Positions 18,416-29,290 are shown, counted from the first letter of the stretch. The stretch: DNA of 64,000 bases from Candidatus Microgenomatus sp. (GCA_020724805.1 DYGI01000001.1:111157-175156), one strand, 5' to 3'. Numbers and translations: made by a program. Notes: generated from the letters alone by a model not told the origin.

Positions 18416-21020
18416 ATGGTTCGCTGCGGAAAAATACATTAGTGCGCGACGAGGTCACTCCAGACTTGGAATACGCGCGGACTTCCAAAGAGTTTTGAGG
18501 CTCTAATGTGAGCGGAACCGCATAGCGGTAGTAATACGTGGTGCCCCAAATATTGAGTGCATGAATAAGCCGACGGTTGAAATAAAGCTCCACCCGGGAA
18601 AGCTCGTCTCCTTGCGCCCGGAGTGTTGCTGAAACAGAAAGAGGATTTGCATTGTCCATAAAAATACCCGCCGCAGGGAGAAGATTTTCCACATATACAC
18701 TCCCACTTAGAGGGGCGACTCCTCCCGTGTTGGTTTGTGCGGAGGTTCCAGATGAGGAAAACACAGAACCTTCAGGAAGTGGCGCGTTGTAAGAGGTGAA
18801 GTTGGGGACGTTGAGGCGCGCCCACGCAAGAACCTCTTCCTCCCAATTTTTGAACTGCGAATCATTCTCCGGTGATGAGGGAATTGGGCCATGAGGATCG
18901 CGGCGGTCGACGTAATAAAGAATGGAATGGACCTGCGGAAACGAACCTCCGGGCGCGGTGGCGGTGATATTCCAGTTCCCGTCGAGCATGGGTTTTGCGG
19001 GAAGCGTAATGGCTGCGGGCCGCTCGAACGGTTCCGATTCGTATCTCTCGAGCGCTTCCTTCATAAATGCGTTCCACACTGGGACCGCCGCGAGAATACT
19101 GGACCCCTGACGTATCATAGCTTGGTTGTTATTGTTTCCTGCCCACACGCCGACCGCGAGGAATGGAGTATATCCCACAGTCCACGCATCGCGATGGTCT
19201 TCACTGGTCCCGGTTTTGAGCGCCACTTCGTGGTCGGGGAATATTGTGAGCGCATTCGAGCTTCTGAAGATCGGATAGCGAAGGTCGGGGTCTGAAAGGA
19301 TTCGCGTGATAAGTTTGGCGGCAGTCCCGTCATCGACCCGCTTGGTGATATCGTGGTATTCCTCAAGTACGCGGCCCGATGAATCTTCTACGCGAAGGAC
19401 TAAAGTTTGGTCATGGCGAACCCCATTCCCGGCGAGTGTTGCGTACGCATTCACAAGGTCAATGAGTTTTACTTCGCCGCCTCCCAAGGTAAGGGAGAGT
19501 CCATAACGCCATCGTTCCTGCAATGTGGTAATGCCGTACGCGTGGAGCTTGGCGAGCACGTCATCGAATCCGGCAAGATAAAGAGTTTTCACTGCAGGAA
19601 TGTTCAAAGATTCTGCGAGCGCGTTTTTCATTTTTACGGGGCCGCGGGTAAGGCCGTCGAAATTTCCGGGCCGGTAGCTAGTTTCCGGATCGTCACGGAC
19701 ATCGAATTCGGTGGAAACATCGAAAAGTACCGTTTCGGGAGAATATCCTTTCTCGAAGGCCGTGAGATATATAAAAGGTTTGAGTGCCGAGCCGGGCTGT
19801 CGAAGTCCTTGGGTCGCAACATTGAAATTTCCCTCAAATTGGCAGCTGGTATTACCGATCGAGCCCGGCTTACACCCTGCGGGTTCAGGTGGGGACGCGT
19901 ATTCTTTGGAACCGACGAGCGCAAGCACCTGCCCGGTTTTCGGGTCTTGGGCCACAAGCGCCGCATTTGCACTGCCGTAGAGCTCAAGATTGCGGGCGGA
20001 ACCGTCGCGTATCGCGATTTCCGCAAGACTTTGCAGTTCCGCATCGAGTGTGGTGATGACTTTCAATCCTCCCCGTTCCACCAGCTCCTCGCCGTAGCGT
20101 TCCGTGAGGTATTCTCGGACCGCTAGGGAAAAGTGAGGGGCGACGATGACGCCAAGGGTAGGCTCAAGGAACGCGAGAGTCTCGTTTTTCGCGTCGTCAC
20201 GCTCTTTCGCGGTGATGAATCCAAGCTCCACCATGCGGTCCAATACATAATCCTTTCGCGCGGTAAGGTCGTTTATGTGAGAGCCCCATGGGGAATAATA
20301 CGAAGGGGCCTTGAGGAGGGCCGCGAGCGTTGCTGCCTCTCCAAGTGTTGCTTCACGGATAGATTTTCCGAAATAAATTTTTGAGGCCGCCTCGACACCA
20401 TACGCATTCGAACCGTAAGGGATTTGGTTCAAATAGAACCCGAATATCTCGTCTTTGGAATAACGGTCCTCGAACTCGATGGCGAGAATAAGCTCTTTTA
20501 CTTTTCGTAGATAACCCAAGAATCCTTGGCGCGTGTTGTCGCCGAGCACCGCATTTTTTGCGAGTTGCTGGGTGATGGTGGAGCCTCCCTGCACCGTTCT
20601 TCCCTCCCGGACGTTGGTGATGAATGCGCGAAGGATTCCCCTCCAATTGAACGCGGGTTGGGTATAGAATTCCGCGTCTTCCGCCGCAAGCGTCGCCTTT
20701 TTTACATGCGCCGGTATTTCCTCAAAAGGAACCACCGTGCGGCGCTCTTCGTTGTATATCTCGTAGAGGAGGTGCTCTCCTGTGCGGTCGTAAAGTTTTG
20801 TGGACTGACTTACCTGGCGGTTATGAAATTCATCGGGCGAAGGGAGTGATTGTAGGGTGATGAATATCCATACCACCATTCCAACCGCCGCGAAAAGAAC
20901 CAGCGCGGACCCCCAAAAAGCAATCCACGAAACCTTTCTTTTTCTTCGGAACGTGTTCCGCAGCGTGCGCCTCATATCATCTCCATAGTAACGATTTTCT
21001 TTGAGGAAAGGAACAAACAA
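18405..21020 (-). CDS. class A penicillin-binding protein (PBP1A-type transglycosylase/transpeptidase)
   Basis: 871 aa; N-terminal TM, GT51 motifs (EDxxFxxH-like AEDAEFY, GGSTITQQLAKN), transpeptidase SxxK and KTG motifs (KTGTSED). Confidence 0.85.
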   Translation of the reverse strand: MFVPFLKENRYYGDDMRRTLRNTFRRKRKVSWIAFWGSALVLFAAVGMVVWIFITLQSLPSPDEFHNRQVSQSTKLYDRTGEHLLYEIYNEERRTVVPFEEIPAHVKKATLAAEDAEFYTQPAFNWRGILRAFITNVREGRTVQGGSTITQQLAKNAVLGDNTRQGFLGYLRKVKELILAIEFEDRYSKDEIFGFYLNQIPYGSNAYGVEAASKIYFGKSIREATLGEAATLAALLKAPSYYSPWGSHINDLTARKDYVLDRMVELGFITAKERDDAKNETLAFLEPTLGVIVAPHFSLAVREYLTERYGEELVERGGLKVITTLDAELQSLAEIAIRDGSARNLELYGSANAALVAQDPKTGQVLALVGSKEYASPPEPAGCKPGSIGNTSCQFEGNFNVATQGLRQPGSALKPFIYLTAFEKGYSPETVLFDVSTEFDVRDDPETSYRPGNFDGLTRGPVKMKNALAESLNIPAVKTLYLAGFDDVLAKLHAYGITTLQERWRYGLSLTLGGGEVKLIDLVNAYATLAGNGVRHDQTLVLRVEDSSGRVLEEYHDITKRVDDGTAAKLITRILSDPDLRYPIFRSSNALTIFPDHEVALKTGTSEDHRDAWTVGYTPFLAVGVWAGNNNNQAMIRQGSSILAAVPVWNAFMKEALERYESEPFERPAAITLPAKPMLDGNWNITATAPGGSFPQVHSILYYVDRRDPHGPIPSSPENDSQFKNWEEEVLAWARLNVPNFTSYNAPLPEGSVFSSSGTSAQTNTGGVAPLSGSVYVENLLPAAGIFMDNANPLSVSATLRAQGDELSRVELYFNRRLIHALNIWGTTYYYRYAVPLTLEPQNSLEVRAYSKSGVTSSRTNVFFRSEPSTP

Positions 21021-21050
21021 AAATACAAACGCCCTTCGCGAATGAAGGGC
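21012..21050 (-). terminator. rho-independent terminator downstream of the ruvC block
   Basis: GCCCTTC-GCGAAT-GAAGGGC hairpin followed on the minus strand by GTTTGTATTTTTGTTTG. Confidence 0.5.
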
Positions 21051-21312
21051 GCCTGCGAAGTTTCGCGCGCGTTATTATTGCGCCTCATCCGGATTCGAAA
21101 GCGGGTCGTCACTTTCAGGCGCCTCCTCCTCTGAAGGGGTGGGAGTGTATGACCCTCCTTCGTCACCTGCCTCTTCCTCGAAGTCTTCGTCTGTCGAGAT
21201 CCCGTCCCCGAGGTAAGTCATGCGAAGTTCCGTATCGATCATGGAGTGGGAATGCATTTCAAAGCGACCTTTCGCGTACGTCGTGGAAAGTATAGAGAGA
21301 GAAAAATACGTG

Positions 21313-21786
21313 TCAACCCCTCGGGAGAGGTCCTGCGGCTGCGATTGCGATGGCGAGCGCGTCGGTCGTGTCGTCCGGGCCGCCATGGTCCTCAAGACGT
21401 AATATCCATCGAGCCATTTTCGCAACCGCGCTCTTATTGGCGTTCCCATCTCCCGTAACCGCCCGTTTCACCTGATTTGGAGTAAGTTCCACCAACGTTG
21501 CGCCGGTCTTTCCTGCGGCGAGCAGAATAACGCCACGAGCTTCGGAAACCGCCATCGCGGTGCTTCGATTGGCCGAGAAAAAAAGGCGCTCAATCCCGAT
21601 TCGTTCGGGCTTCGCACGCTCAAAAAAGGCCGCGAGCAATTTCTCAAGCGCCAAAAGGCGGTCGTTTTGCGGAAGTGCGGAAAGTTCCCAAGTTCCCATA
21701 TCCTCGCACCTCAAGGAATTTCCCCCAACATCAAGGAGCGCGTATCCTATCCGAGCCCTTCCCGGATCTATCCCGACCACCCTCAT
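21313..21786 (-). CDS. ruvC: crossover junction endodeoxyribonuclease RuvC
   Basis: MRVVGIDPG start and catalytic acidic residues; 157 aa; 4-nt overlap with yebC. Confidence 0.85.
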   Translation of the reverse strand: MRVVGIDPGRARIGYALLDVGGNSLRCEDMGTWELSALPQNDRLLALEKLLAAFFERAKPERIGIERLFFSANRSTAMAVSEARGVILLAAGKTGATLVELTPNQVKRAVTGDGNANKSAVAKMARWILRLEDHGGPDDTTDALAIAIAAAGPLPRG

Positions 21787-22301
21787 GGTTTTATGTTTGT
21801 AATGACGTTTTGGATGTCGTCGTGCGCTTGAAGCGCCTCCACCAAACGCGCGAGCGCTTCTCGCCCTTCTTGGCCTACCGGTTGAGGAAATTTCGGGGTA
21901 TTACCATCGAAGGCCCATCGCACGCTTCCTGGTTCCGCCCACTTTGCGCCGTGCTCCTTAAGAAGAGTTTTCACTTCCATAATAGTTCTATTTTTGCTGT
22001 CGGTAATCGCCTCAATGAGGAGCGCGACTCCTTCGGGGCCGTATGCTTCGAGAATGAGAGATTCCAGAAGTTCCTCTCCTTTTTCGCCGCGGTTAATAGC
22101 GCGTGCGATATTGTCGCTCGGCACATTGGACGCGCGCGCCTTTTCTATCGCGGTGCGGAGCGTGGGGTTGAAATCGGGGTTCGGCTCGCTTCGTGCGGAG
22201 GCGGTGATGGCGCGGAGAAGTTTTGAAAAGAGAGCGCCCCGTTTTTTATCCGTGGCCCCCTTGTGTTGTTTTATTTGCTTCCAATGACTGTGCCCAGCCA
22301 T
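21783..22301 (-). CDS. YebC/PmpR-family DNA-binding regulator (short form)
   Basis: MAGHSHWKQIKQHKG...KRGALFSKL N-terminus is diagnostic; 172 aa is shorter than the usual ~240 aa. Confidence 0.75.
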   Translation of the reverse strand: MAGHSHWKQIKQHKGATDKKRGALFSKLLRAITASARSEPNPDFNPTLRTAIEKARASNVPSDNIARAINRGEKGEELLESLILEAYGPEGVALLIEAITDSKNRTIMEVKTLLKEHGAKWAEPGSVRWAFDGNTPKFPQPVGQEGREALARLVEALQAHDDIQNVITNIKP

Positions 22302-22306
22302 GGTGC

Positions 22307-23449
22307 CTAAGAACGCTGTGCGATGAGCGGCAACGTTACGGTAAGTGTGGTGCCACGCTCGGCTTCCGAGGACACTTCGACGGTTCCGTCGTGAGCCTCA
22401 ATGATATTTTTTGCGATATAAAGACCAAGTCCACTTCCATTCGGTTCCACTTGTATGGCGTTTGAGCCACGCTCGAGTTTTTTGAAGAGTTTCCTCTCCT
22501 CTCCTCGGGGGATTCCGATGCCGGTATCGGCAATGACGATGGTGGCTCGAGAAGGATCGGCGGCGAGCTTCACCGTAACTGCGCCTCCCTTCACGTTGTA
22601 TCGAACCCCGTTATCGAGGAGGTTAAGAAGTGCAGTGCCGAGACGCGTGGGGTCTATATCTACCGGAAGTGAGGAAATCCCTTCATGGGTAAAAACCATA
22701 TTTACCCCGCGCTGCTCGGCGATGGGGGTTATGGTGCCGGTGAGTGTTTGAAGGAAAGATACAAGGTCGATACGCTCCCGCACTAGTCCAAACTTCCCAT
22801 CCTCGATTTTCGCCGCGTCAAGAAAATCGTTCACGATCTTAAGGCAGCGGTCGACGAGTGCGAGCGACTCTCCAAGAAGATTCGCGGTATTTTCGTTCCC
22901 TCCCTTCCCCATGCTTTCAAGAGACCACTTAAGTGCGGTGAGTGGCGTGCGAAGCTGATGCGCGGCAACGCCGACAAATTCGCTCTGCGAAGCGAGAACC
23001 TCCCTCGTTCGCGTTTCGTCCCGTACGATCTTCACGAACGCGGAAGGCGTTCCGGAGGAGTCCATGATGCGCATGGTATACGCGACCAGTTCGCGTCTCG
23101 GCTCTTCGAATGAAAGCGTTACCACTTGTGGCCACGTCCCGGTTTCCGAGCGCTCCACACTTGAAGGCGCGAGGGAAGGGAAAAGCGTTTGGGCGAGAAG
23201 GCGGTAGCGCGGTCGTTCCACGAGTCCCGGCTCGACCCTAATCCCCGAAAGTTCCTCTCGGCGGACTCCAAAAAGAGCCTCCGCCGCTTTATTGAATGAA
23301 AGGACGCTGAAATTGGCGTCGTAAATTATCACGGCATCGGGAAAGTCCCGGAATACCACCTCGAAAGACGTTTCTGCGAGCGGCAAAGCACCGTCTTTCC
23401 GTGAAGATTTTAGAGAGTCGAAAAGTGTATGGAAAAGGTTTCGCATCTG
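22307..23449 (-). CDS. sensor histidine kinase (PAS + HisKA + HATPase_c), no cognate regulator adjacent
   Basis: H-box AAHQLRTPLTAL, N-box LLNLLDNGVRY, G1/G2 boxes DTGIGIP and GSGLGLYIAK; start set to MRNLFHTL just after the polA stop. Confidence 0.8.
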   Translation of the reverse strand, partial: QMRNLFHTLFDSLKSSRKDGALPLAETSFEVVFRDFPDAVIIYDANFSVLSFNKAAEALFGVRREELSGIRVEPGLVERPRYRLLAQTLFPSLAPSSVERSETGTWPQVVTLSFEEPRRELVAYTMRIMDSSGTPSAFVKIVRDETRTREVLASQSEFVGVAAHQLRTPLTALKWSLESMGKGGNENTANLLGESLALVDRCLKIVNDFLDAAKIEDGKFGLVRERIDLVSFLQTLTGTITPIAEQRGVNMVFTHEGISSLPVDIDPTRLGTALLNLLDNGVRYNVKGGAVTVKLAADPSRATIVIADTGIGIPRGEERKLFKKLERGSNAIQVEPNGSGLGLYIAKNIIEAHDGTVEVSSEAERGTTLTVTLPLIAQRS

Positions 23450-23450
23450 A

Positions 23451-25919
23451 TTATGCAGCGTCCTGCCACGGTTCCATGCTCCCCCAATCGTCTCCCGTGC
23501 GGATGTCCACGCGGAGAGGCACCGAAAGGTCGACGACCGATTCCATAAGTTTTTGGATGGCGGGCGCCTGCGTGTGTAGCATACCGCGCGGCATCTCGAA
23601 GAGCAATTCATCGTGGACGGAGAGCACCATGCGAATATCGCGCGTCGTCGAGATGAGGTCGGCTATTCCGGCCATGGAAAGCTTCAGAATGTCGGCGCCA
23701 AGCGATTGAAGAGGCATATTAATGGCGGCGCGCTCCACTTCCCCCCAAGAACCTCGCTTCGAGGCCTCGCGGAACCATCGCCGCCTTCCGTGTTCGTTTG
23801 CCACATATCCGTTCGCTTTTGCGTCCTTCTTCACCCTTTCCTGCCACCGTCTTACCGAGGGGAATTCGTTGAAATACTCTTCCATGAACCGCTTGGCGTC
23901 GGCTAGTGAAAGACCGCTCGAGGCGGCGAATGCGCGAGCTCCCATTCCGTACACAATGCCAAAGTTCAATGTTTTTGCGGTGCGGCGCATGGGAGGAGTT
24001 ACTCCGGAAAGGGGAACGTGAAATACCTTTGCGGCGGTGAGCGCGTGAATATCCTTCCCTTCGCGGAACGCGGTGCGAAGTGCTTCGTCCTCGGAAACGT
24101 GCGCAAGGAGCCGAAGTTCAAGCTGTGAATAATCGAAGGATACGAGGGTAGTGCCGCGCGGAGCGGTGAATGCACAGCGAAGCAGTTTCGCCCATTTTGA
24201 CTCCTGTGGAATGTTCTGGAGGTTGGGGCGTTCAGAGGCGAGTCGCCCGGTTGCGGTACCTGTTTGAAGGAACGTGGTTCTCACTCGTCCGTCTTTTTCG
24301 ATGGCGGCCAAGAGAGGCTCAACAAAACTCGAGAATATCTTGAATGTTTCCCGGTATTCAAGGAGAAGAGGGACGATGGGGTGGGCGCTTTTGAGTTCGA
24401 GAAGAATATCCCGTCCGGTGCGCCGTTGGCCGGTGCGCGTTTTACGTTTTTTCTCGGTTCCAAGATTCAGGCGTTCAAAGAGAACTTCCGCGACCTGGCG
24501 CGGAGAATTTATATTAAAAGCTCCTCCCGCTTCTCTAGTGATACGCTCTTCGAGCGCGGCAAGTTCTTTGCGCATCTCCTGTGAGAGCGAGCGAAGGTGT
24601 GCCCGATCAACCGCGATACCGGTCCGTTCCATGAGCGCGAGGACCGGCACGAGCGGCATCTCGATTTTTTCGAATACGCCCATAAGTCCGTTCGTCGTAA
24701 GAGCATTGCGGAGCGCGAGATACAGCGCGCGGTCATCTTGGGCGCCGGAGCGGACAAAACGGGCAATAAGCGCCTCCTTGGAAAAATCTTGTTGATCTGG
24801 GTCGATAAGCCACCCGGCGATGAGGAGGTCAAAAAAAGGACCGGTGATCATTCCCGCCTTATCGCCCAAGTTTTTCAATATCGTTTTCCAATCGTACGCA
24901 ACCTTTTCTTTTTTACCCCGAAAATCTTTTAAGTGAAGAAGGGCGTCCTCCGCATCTTCAATAAATATCGAATCTTTGGGAACGGTATCGTCCGCGGGAA
25001 CATCCGCGCGAGGCGAAGGCATGTGGGAAAGGCCTTCAGGACGAGCGCGGAGACTTTCAAATCCCAATTGCGAGAAATATGCATTCACTTCGTTCTCGGG
25101 AATTCCGCGAAATGTTTCATGCGGTACATCGAGGGGTACCGCGGTATCGATGGTGGCGAGTTTTTTAGAAAAGCGAGCCTCCGTTTCGTGCGCTACCATG
25201 AGTTTTATAAAGCGTGCCTGAATACCGGCACGTTTCGCGCATTCCTCCACCCCGTCCTTTGCAAGCGCGCGGTAAATACCCTCGATGCTTCCAAAGCTGC
25301 GGACAAGCTTTAAGGCGCTGCCCTCGCCGACGCCGGGAACGCCTTTGATGTTGTCCGAGGCGTCGCCCATGATGCCCTTGAGATCGGGGATGTATTCGGG
25401 GCCGAATCCATACCGTTCTTTCACCGCGCGCTCGTCGTACACCATGGTTTCCGAAACCCCTTTTTTGAACGTTTCTACGCGCACGTACGGATCTTTCACG
25501 AGTTGGAGCGCGTCGAGGTCTCCGGTCAAAATAGTGACCTCGCGCCCGTCGCGAGCAAATTGCGTTGCAAGCGTGCCGATAATATCGTCGGCTTCCACCT
25601 TCGACATCTCAACGACCGGGATGCCGAACGTGCGGAAAAGTTCCCTCGCCTCAATAAGCTGGCTCACGAGCTCGTCGGGCGCTTTCGGACGATGCGCTTT
25701 GTAATCGGCGAATGAATCCTTGCGGTGAGTGGGCTCCGGACGGTCGAATGCCGCGTAGATGCCCGCAAATTCCCTCTCACGAAGAACCTTAAGGAGAATG
25801 CGCGAAAGGCCATAAAGCGCTCCGGTAGGTCGTCCGTCGGGCGCGGAGAGAGGAGGGAGCGCATGGAATGCCCTATGGATGAGCGCGTGGGCGTCTATAA
25901 GAAGTATGGTGTCGCGGGC
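23451..25919 (-). CDS. polA: DNA polymerase I (5'-3' exonuclease + polymerase domains)
   Basis: N-terminal FEN-like LLIDAHALIHRAFHA, C-terminal polymerase motifs (DYSQLELR, RRTAKTLNFGIVYG, VHDE); start trimmed to MARDT to avoid overlapping tsaE. Confidence 0.9.
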   Translation of the reverse strand, partial: ARDTILLIDAHALIHRAFHALPPLSAPDGRPTGALYGLSRILLKVLREREFAGIYAAFDRPEPTHRKDSFADYKAHRPKAPDELVSQLIEARELFRTFGIPVVEMSKVEADDIIGTLATQFARDGREVTILTGDLDALQLVKDPYVRVETFKKGVSETMVYDERAVKERYGFGPEYIPDLKGIMGDASDNIKGVPGVGEGSALKLVRSFGSIEGIYRALAKDGVEECAKRAGIQARFIKLMVAHETEARFSKKLATIDTAVPLDVPHETFRGIPENEVNAYFSQLGFESLRARPEGLSHMPSPRADVPADDTVPKDSIFIEDAEDALLHLKDFRGKKEKVAYDWKTILKNLGDKAGMITGPFFDLLIAGWLIDPDQQDFSKEALIARFVRSGAQDDRALYLALRNALTTNGLMGVFEKIEMPLVPVLALMERTGIAVDRAHLRSLSQEMRKELAALEERITREAGGAFNINSPRQVAEVLFERLNLGTEKKRKTRTGQRRTGRDILLELKSAHPIVPLLLEYRETFKIFSSFVEPLLAAIEKDGRVRTTFLQTGTATGRLASERPNLQNIPQESKWAKLLRCAFTAPRGTTLVSFDYSQLELRLLAHVSEDEALRTAFREGKDIHALTAAKVFHVPLSGVTPPMRRTAKTLNFGIVYGMGARAFAASSGLSLADAKRFMEEYFNEFPSVRRWQERVKKDAKANGYVANEHGRRRWFREASKRGSWGEVERAAINMPLQSLGADILKLSMAGIADLISTTRDIRMVLSVHDELLFEMPRGMLHTQAPAIQKLMESVVDLSVPLRVDIRTGDDWGSMEPWQDAA

Positions 25920-25926
25920 CATGGAT

Positions 25927-26388
25927 TCACTGGACCTGCTTAAATTCAATAACCCGTTCGTGGGGATTCCTCGCATGACTTAATTTTACCCGCAACGTAG
26001 CGGAAGGAAGGACGCGCCGAACATTCCCGGCCCATTCGATGAGGAAAAGGTTTTTCGGATTTTTTAACTCCTCGAGAATGCCCAATGGAGCGAGTATTTT
26101 TTTTGAGGCGCTTCGTACCCGATACGCGTCTACATGGAAAAGATTCCGATAGTGGCGAGTGCGGAGCGGATAGCGGCGGACGAATATAAAAGTGGGGCTC
26201 GGGAGATTTTTACGAATTCCCATCGCACGCGCAAAACTTCCCGTGAACGTGGTTTTGCCCGCACCCAAAGGGCCTTCAAGCGCGATTACGGTTGCGTGGG
26301 GGAGAGAAAGGGGGCGGCGGACCATTTCCTTTGCAAGCGCCGCAGCGAGCGCTTGGGTCATGCGAGGCGAATGCGAAACGATACGCAT
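25927..26388 (-). CDS. tsaE: tRNA threonylcarbamoyladenosine biosynthesis protein TsaE
   Basis: P-loop LEGPLGAGKTTFTGSFARAMG typical of YjeE/TsaE; 153 aa. Confidence 0.8.
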   Translation of the reverse strand: MRIVSHSPRMTQALAAALAKEMVRRPLSLPHATVIALEGPLGAGKTTFTGSFARAMGIRKNLPSPTFIFVRRYPLRTRHYRNLFHVDAYRVRSASKKILAPLGILEELKNPKNLFLIEWAGNVRRVLPSATLRVKLSHARNPHERVIEFKQVQ

Positions 26389-26392
26389 CGCG

Positions 26393-27415
26393 TCAAATAA
26401 GCGAGGGGTGCGGCGGGATGCCGAGGTGGAGATATGCGTCCTTGGTTGCCACCCGCCCCGCAGGAGTGCGGTGGAGGAATCCGAGCTTCATAAGGAACGG
26501 TTCGTAGACTTCTTCCACGGTTCCGGGGTCCTCGTTCATGGCCGCGGCGAGCGCCTTGAGGCCCACCGGGCCCCCATTCCACTTGGTGATGAGCGTGCGG
26601 AGAAGCTCCCGGTCCGCCTCTTCAAGTCCCAATGGATCTATCTCGAACATGGAAAGCATCGCCATAACCGCGCGTTCGTCGATTGAACCTGTGCCGTGCA
26701 CTTCGGCGTAGTCGCGCGCGCGTTTCAAAAGTCGGTTCGCGGTGCGGGGCGTGAAGCGGGCGGCTTTGGCGAGAAGCGAGCATCCGTCCTCGGAAAGGGT
26801 TATCCCGAGAATCCGCGCGGAGCGCATAAGAATACGTTCGATATCCTCGGTTTGGTAATAATCGAGACGGAACGTAGCGCCGAAACGTGAACGGAGCGGA
26901 GAAGAGAGAAGATTCACGCGTGTCGTTGCCGCAATGACGGTGAATGGAGGTAGGTCGAGCGAGAAGGCGCGCGCGGACGGGCCCTTTCCCATCACGAGGT
27001 GAAGCTTGCGTGCCTCCATCGCGGGATAGAGTATTTCCTCGGCAAGTTTTGAAACGCGGTGAGCCTCATCAATGAAAAGGATGTCTCGTGGCTCAAGGTT
27101 GGAAAGTATTGCAGCAATGTCGCCCGCTTTCTCAAGAGCAGGACCCGCGGTGGTGTGAACCTTCGCTTTTGTTTCGTGGCCGATGAGATTTGCGAGCGTG
27201 GTCTTCCCGAGGCCTGCTTGTCCGTAGAAAAGGAGGTGGTCGGGCGCCTCGGCGCGGTTTCGCGCGGCATCAATGATAAGGCGGAGGTTCCTTTTTACCT
27301 TTTCCTGGCCTACATACTCCTCCCATGTGGTAGGGCGGAGGGTGAGCTCGAGCGCGACGTCGTCGGGAGAGGCGTGCTCCTGGGGAGAAACTGGGGAAGG
27401 GGTGGGGATTGACAT
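26393..27415 (-). CDS. ruvB: Holliday junction branch migration helicase RuvB
   Basis: Walker A GQAGLGKTTLA, Walker B ILFIDEAHR, C-terminal winged helix; 340 aa. Confidence 0.9.
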   Translation of the reverse strand: MSIPTPSPVSPQEHASPDDVALELTLRPTTWEEYVGQEKVKRNLRLIIDAARNRAEAPDHLLFYGQAGLGKTTLANLIGHETKAKVHTTAGPALEKAGDIAAILSNLEPRDILFIDEAHRVSKLAEEILYPAMEARKLHLVMGKGPSARAFSLDLPPFTVIAATTRVNLLSSPLRSRFGATFRLDYYQTEDIERILMRSARILGITLSEDGCSLLAKAARFTPRTANRLLKRARDYAEVHGTGSIDERAVMAMLSMFEIDPLGLEEADRELLRTLITKWNGGPVGLKALAAAMNEDPGTVEEVYEPFLMKLGFLHRTPAGRVATKDAYLHLGIPPHPSLI

Positions 27416-27613
27416 TTTATTTCCTTTATGCTAGTATTCCATCGGAAAGATCGCGAAGTGAGACCTGTGGGTATACGGATACTTCTGTAGTTTAGGACGC
27501 CTCGGCTTCGGCGGGGGCACTCCTCGAGGAGATCCTTCCTCTTCCCGCGTAGCGTGAGGAGTTTTCGTGAACCATTCCCTGGTTTACGCCCACAGATCTT
27601 ACGGCGCGATCTT

Positions 27614-29290
27614 TTATTTTTCTCTCCAAAGGAGAGGACCCGTCACGCGCTCCACCTCGTCGAACGAGGTGATACCCTGGAGAACCTTCAGCGTCCCATC
27701 TTCCTGCATTGTAGTCATTCCCCCCTCGCGTGCCAAGCGCGCAAGGTCCAATTCCGTAGGATTTTTGTAGATTGATTCCTCTATCGGCTTGGTAATGGCA
27801 AAAAGCTCGAATATGGAAGTGCGCCCCCGGTACCCGAGATTCTTACATTCGGAACATCCTTTAGGCGCATAGACCGTTGGTTTTGCGTACGGCGTTCGAT
27901 CCACCCTCGCGGGGAGCGCTTTCATGAATTCCGCGATACGCGCCTCGTCCTCTTTTGAGAGAGGCGCTGCGACGCGGCAGTGAGCGCAAAGTATGCGCAC
28001 GAGGCGTTGCGCGATAACGAGCGAAAGTGCGGGCCCTAAAATTTGAGGTTGGATGCCGAGGTCAAGGAGTCGGGGCACGGCGCCCACCGCGTCGTTCGTG
28101 TGAAGCGTTGAAAATACGATGTGGCCCGTAAGGGAAGCGTTCAAAGCTATCTCTGCGGTTTCTTTATCGCGTATCTCGCCCACAAGGATGATGTTGGGGT
28201 CCTGGCGGAGGATGGCCCGGAGACCCGAGGCAAACGTGTAATTCGCTCCGGGGTCCACCTGGGTCTGCGAGATGCCTCCTAGGTGATACTCGATGGGGTC
28301 TTCGACGGTGATTATCTTTATTTCCGGTTTCCATACGTGTTTCAGAAAAGCGTAGAGCGTGGTTGTTTTTCCGCTCCCGGTAGGGCCGGTGTTCAAGATT
28401 AAGCCGTTGGGTTTTTTTATCTCCGCTTTGACTATCGCAAGATCGTCGGCGCGCCACCCAAGCTCTTCGAGATTTACTTTGAGCGCATTGGGGTCCAAAA
28501 CACGCATAACCACAGTCTCCCCATATTCCGAGGGGATGAGCGAAGTACGGACTTCGACGTCGCGGTCCTCGAGATCTATGGTGAAGCGCCCGTCCTGGGG
28601 TTCGGTCGCCACGTTCAATTTGAGGTTGGAAAGAAGTTTTACCCGCGTGACGAGAGAGTGATATACGGGCGTGGCAAATCCTTCGAACGCGGCATAGAGC
28701 AGTCCGTCAATGCGGTAGCGGAGCGTGCCCCCGCCTTCCCGCGGCTCGAGATGGATATCGGAAGCCCGAAGTGCCATGGCGCCCGCGATGATGATTTCGA
28801 GCATCTCCGACGTGAGAGGACTTTTGAATTCAGTGATGGCGACTTTCACGTCCTCGAGGTTTTTCATCTTTCCTTTGAGCGTCTCGAGGCGGGCATGGTC
28901 TATTTGCACCTTGCCGCTTATCACTTTTTCCTCCGTGGGAACGTACTGGTAGTAATGCCACTCGTGGGACAGCGAAGTGAGCGAAACCACCACTACCTCG
29001 ACGGTATAGGTTTTTTTGAGTCGCTCGATAATCGCCTTTGCGTCGGGCTTTTCGGGGTTGAAGGCCGCGAGGACGAGTTTTTTTCTGACGAGCTGGAGAG
29101 GAACTATGAGTGCTTCCTTTGCGTCCGCCTCCGGGACGAGCTGCATGGCGTCTATCTCGGTCGGGACTTTTACCGAGACGAGGTCGAGATAGGGAAGCTT
29201 GAGGGTCGCGGCGCGCCGCTTTGCGTCAGCTTCCTCGGCCTCTTTACGCTGCTTCGCGAGCTTTTCTTCCAGGGCTTTGGTTTGAAGCAT
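27614..29290 (-). CDS. pilB: GspE/PilB-family type II/IV secretion (pilus assembly) ATPase
   Basis: 558 aa; N-terminal GSPII-N-like domain, Walker A GPTGSGKTTTLYA, tetracysteine CxxC...CxxC, Asp/His boxes. Confidence 0.85.
   Translation of the reverse strand: MLQTKALEEKLAKQRKEAEEADAKRRAATLKLPYLDLVSVKVPTEIDAMQLVPEADAKEALIVPLQLVRKKLVLAAFNPEKPDAKAIIERLKKTYTVEVVVVSLTSLSHEWHYYQYVPTEEKVISGKVQIDHARLETLKGKMKNLEDVKVAITEFKSPLTSEMLEIIIAGAMALRASDIHLEPREGGGTLRYRIDGLLYAAFEGFATPVYHSLVTRVKLLSNLKLNVATEPQDGRFTIDLEDRDVEVRTSLIPSEYGETVVMRVLDPNALKVNLEELGWRADDLAIVKAEIKKPNGLILNTGPTGSGKTTTLYAFLKHVWKPEIKIITVEDPIEYHLGGISQTQVDPGANYTFASGLRAILRQDPNIILVGEIRDKETAEIALNASLTGHIVFSTLHTNDAVGAVPRLLDLGIQPQILGPALSLVIAQRLVRILCAHCRVAAPLSKEDEARIAEFMKALPARVDRTPYAKPTVYAPKGCSECKNLGYRGRTSIFELFAITKPIEESIYKNPTELDLARLAREGGMTTMQEDGTLKVLQGITSFDEVERVTGPLLWREK

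Noticed and set aside
21075-21449. 124-aa acidic ORF overlapping the ruvC 3' end
   Set aside because: Mostly overlaps ruvC in another frame; only a ~60-aa acidic tail (21075-21257) would be independent and has no support
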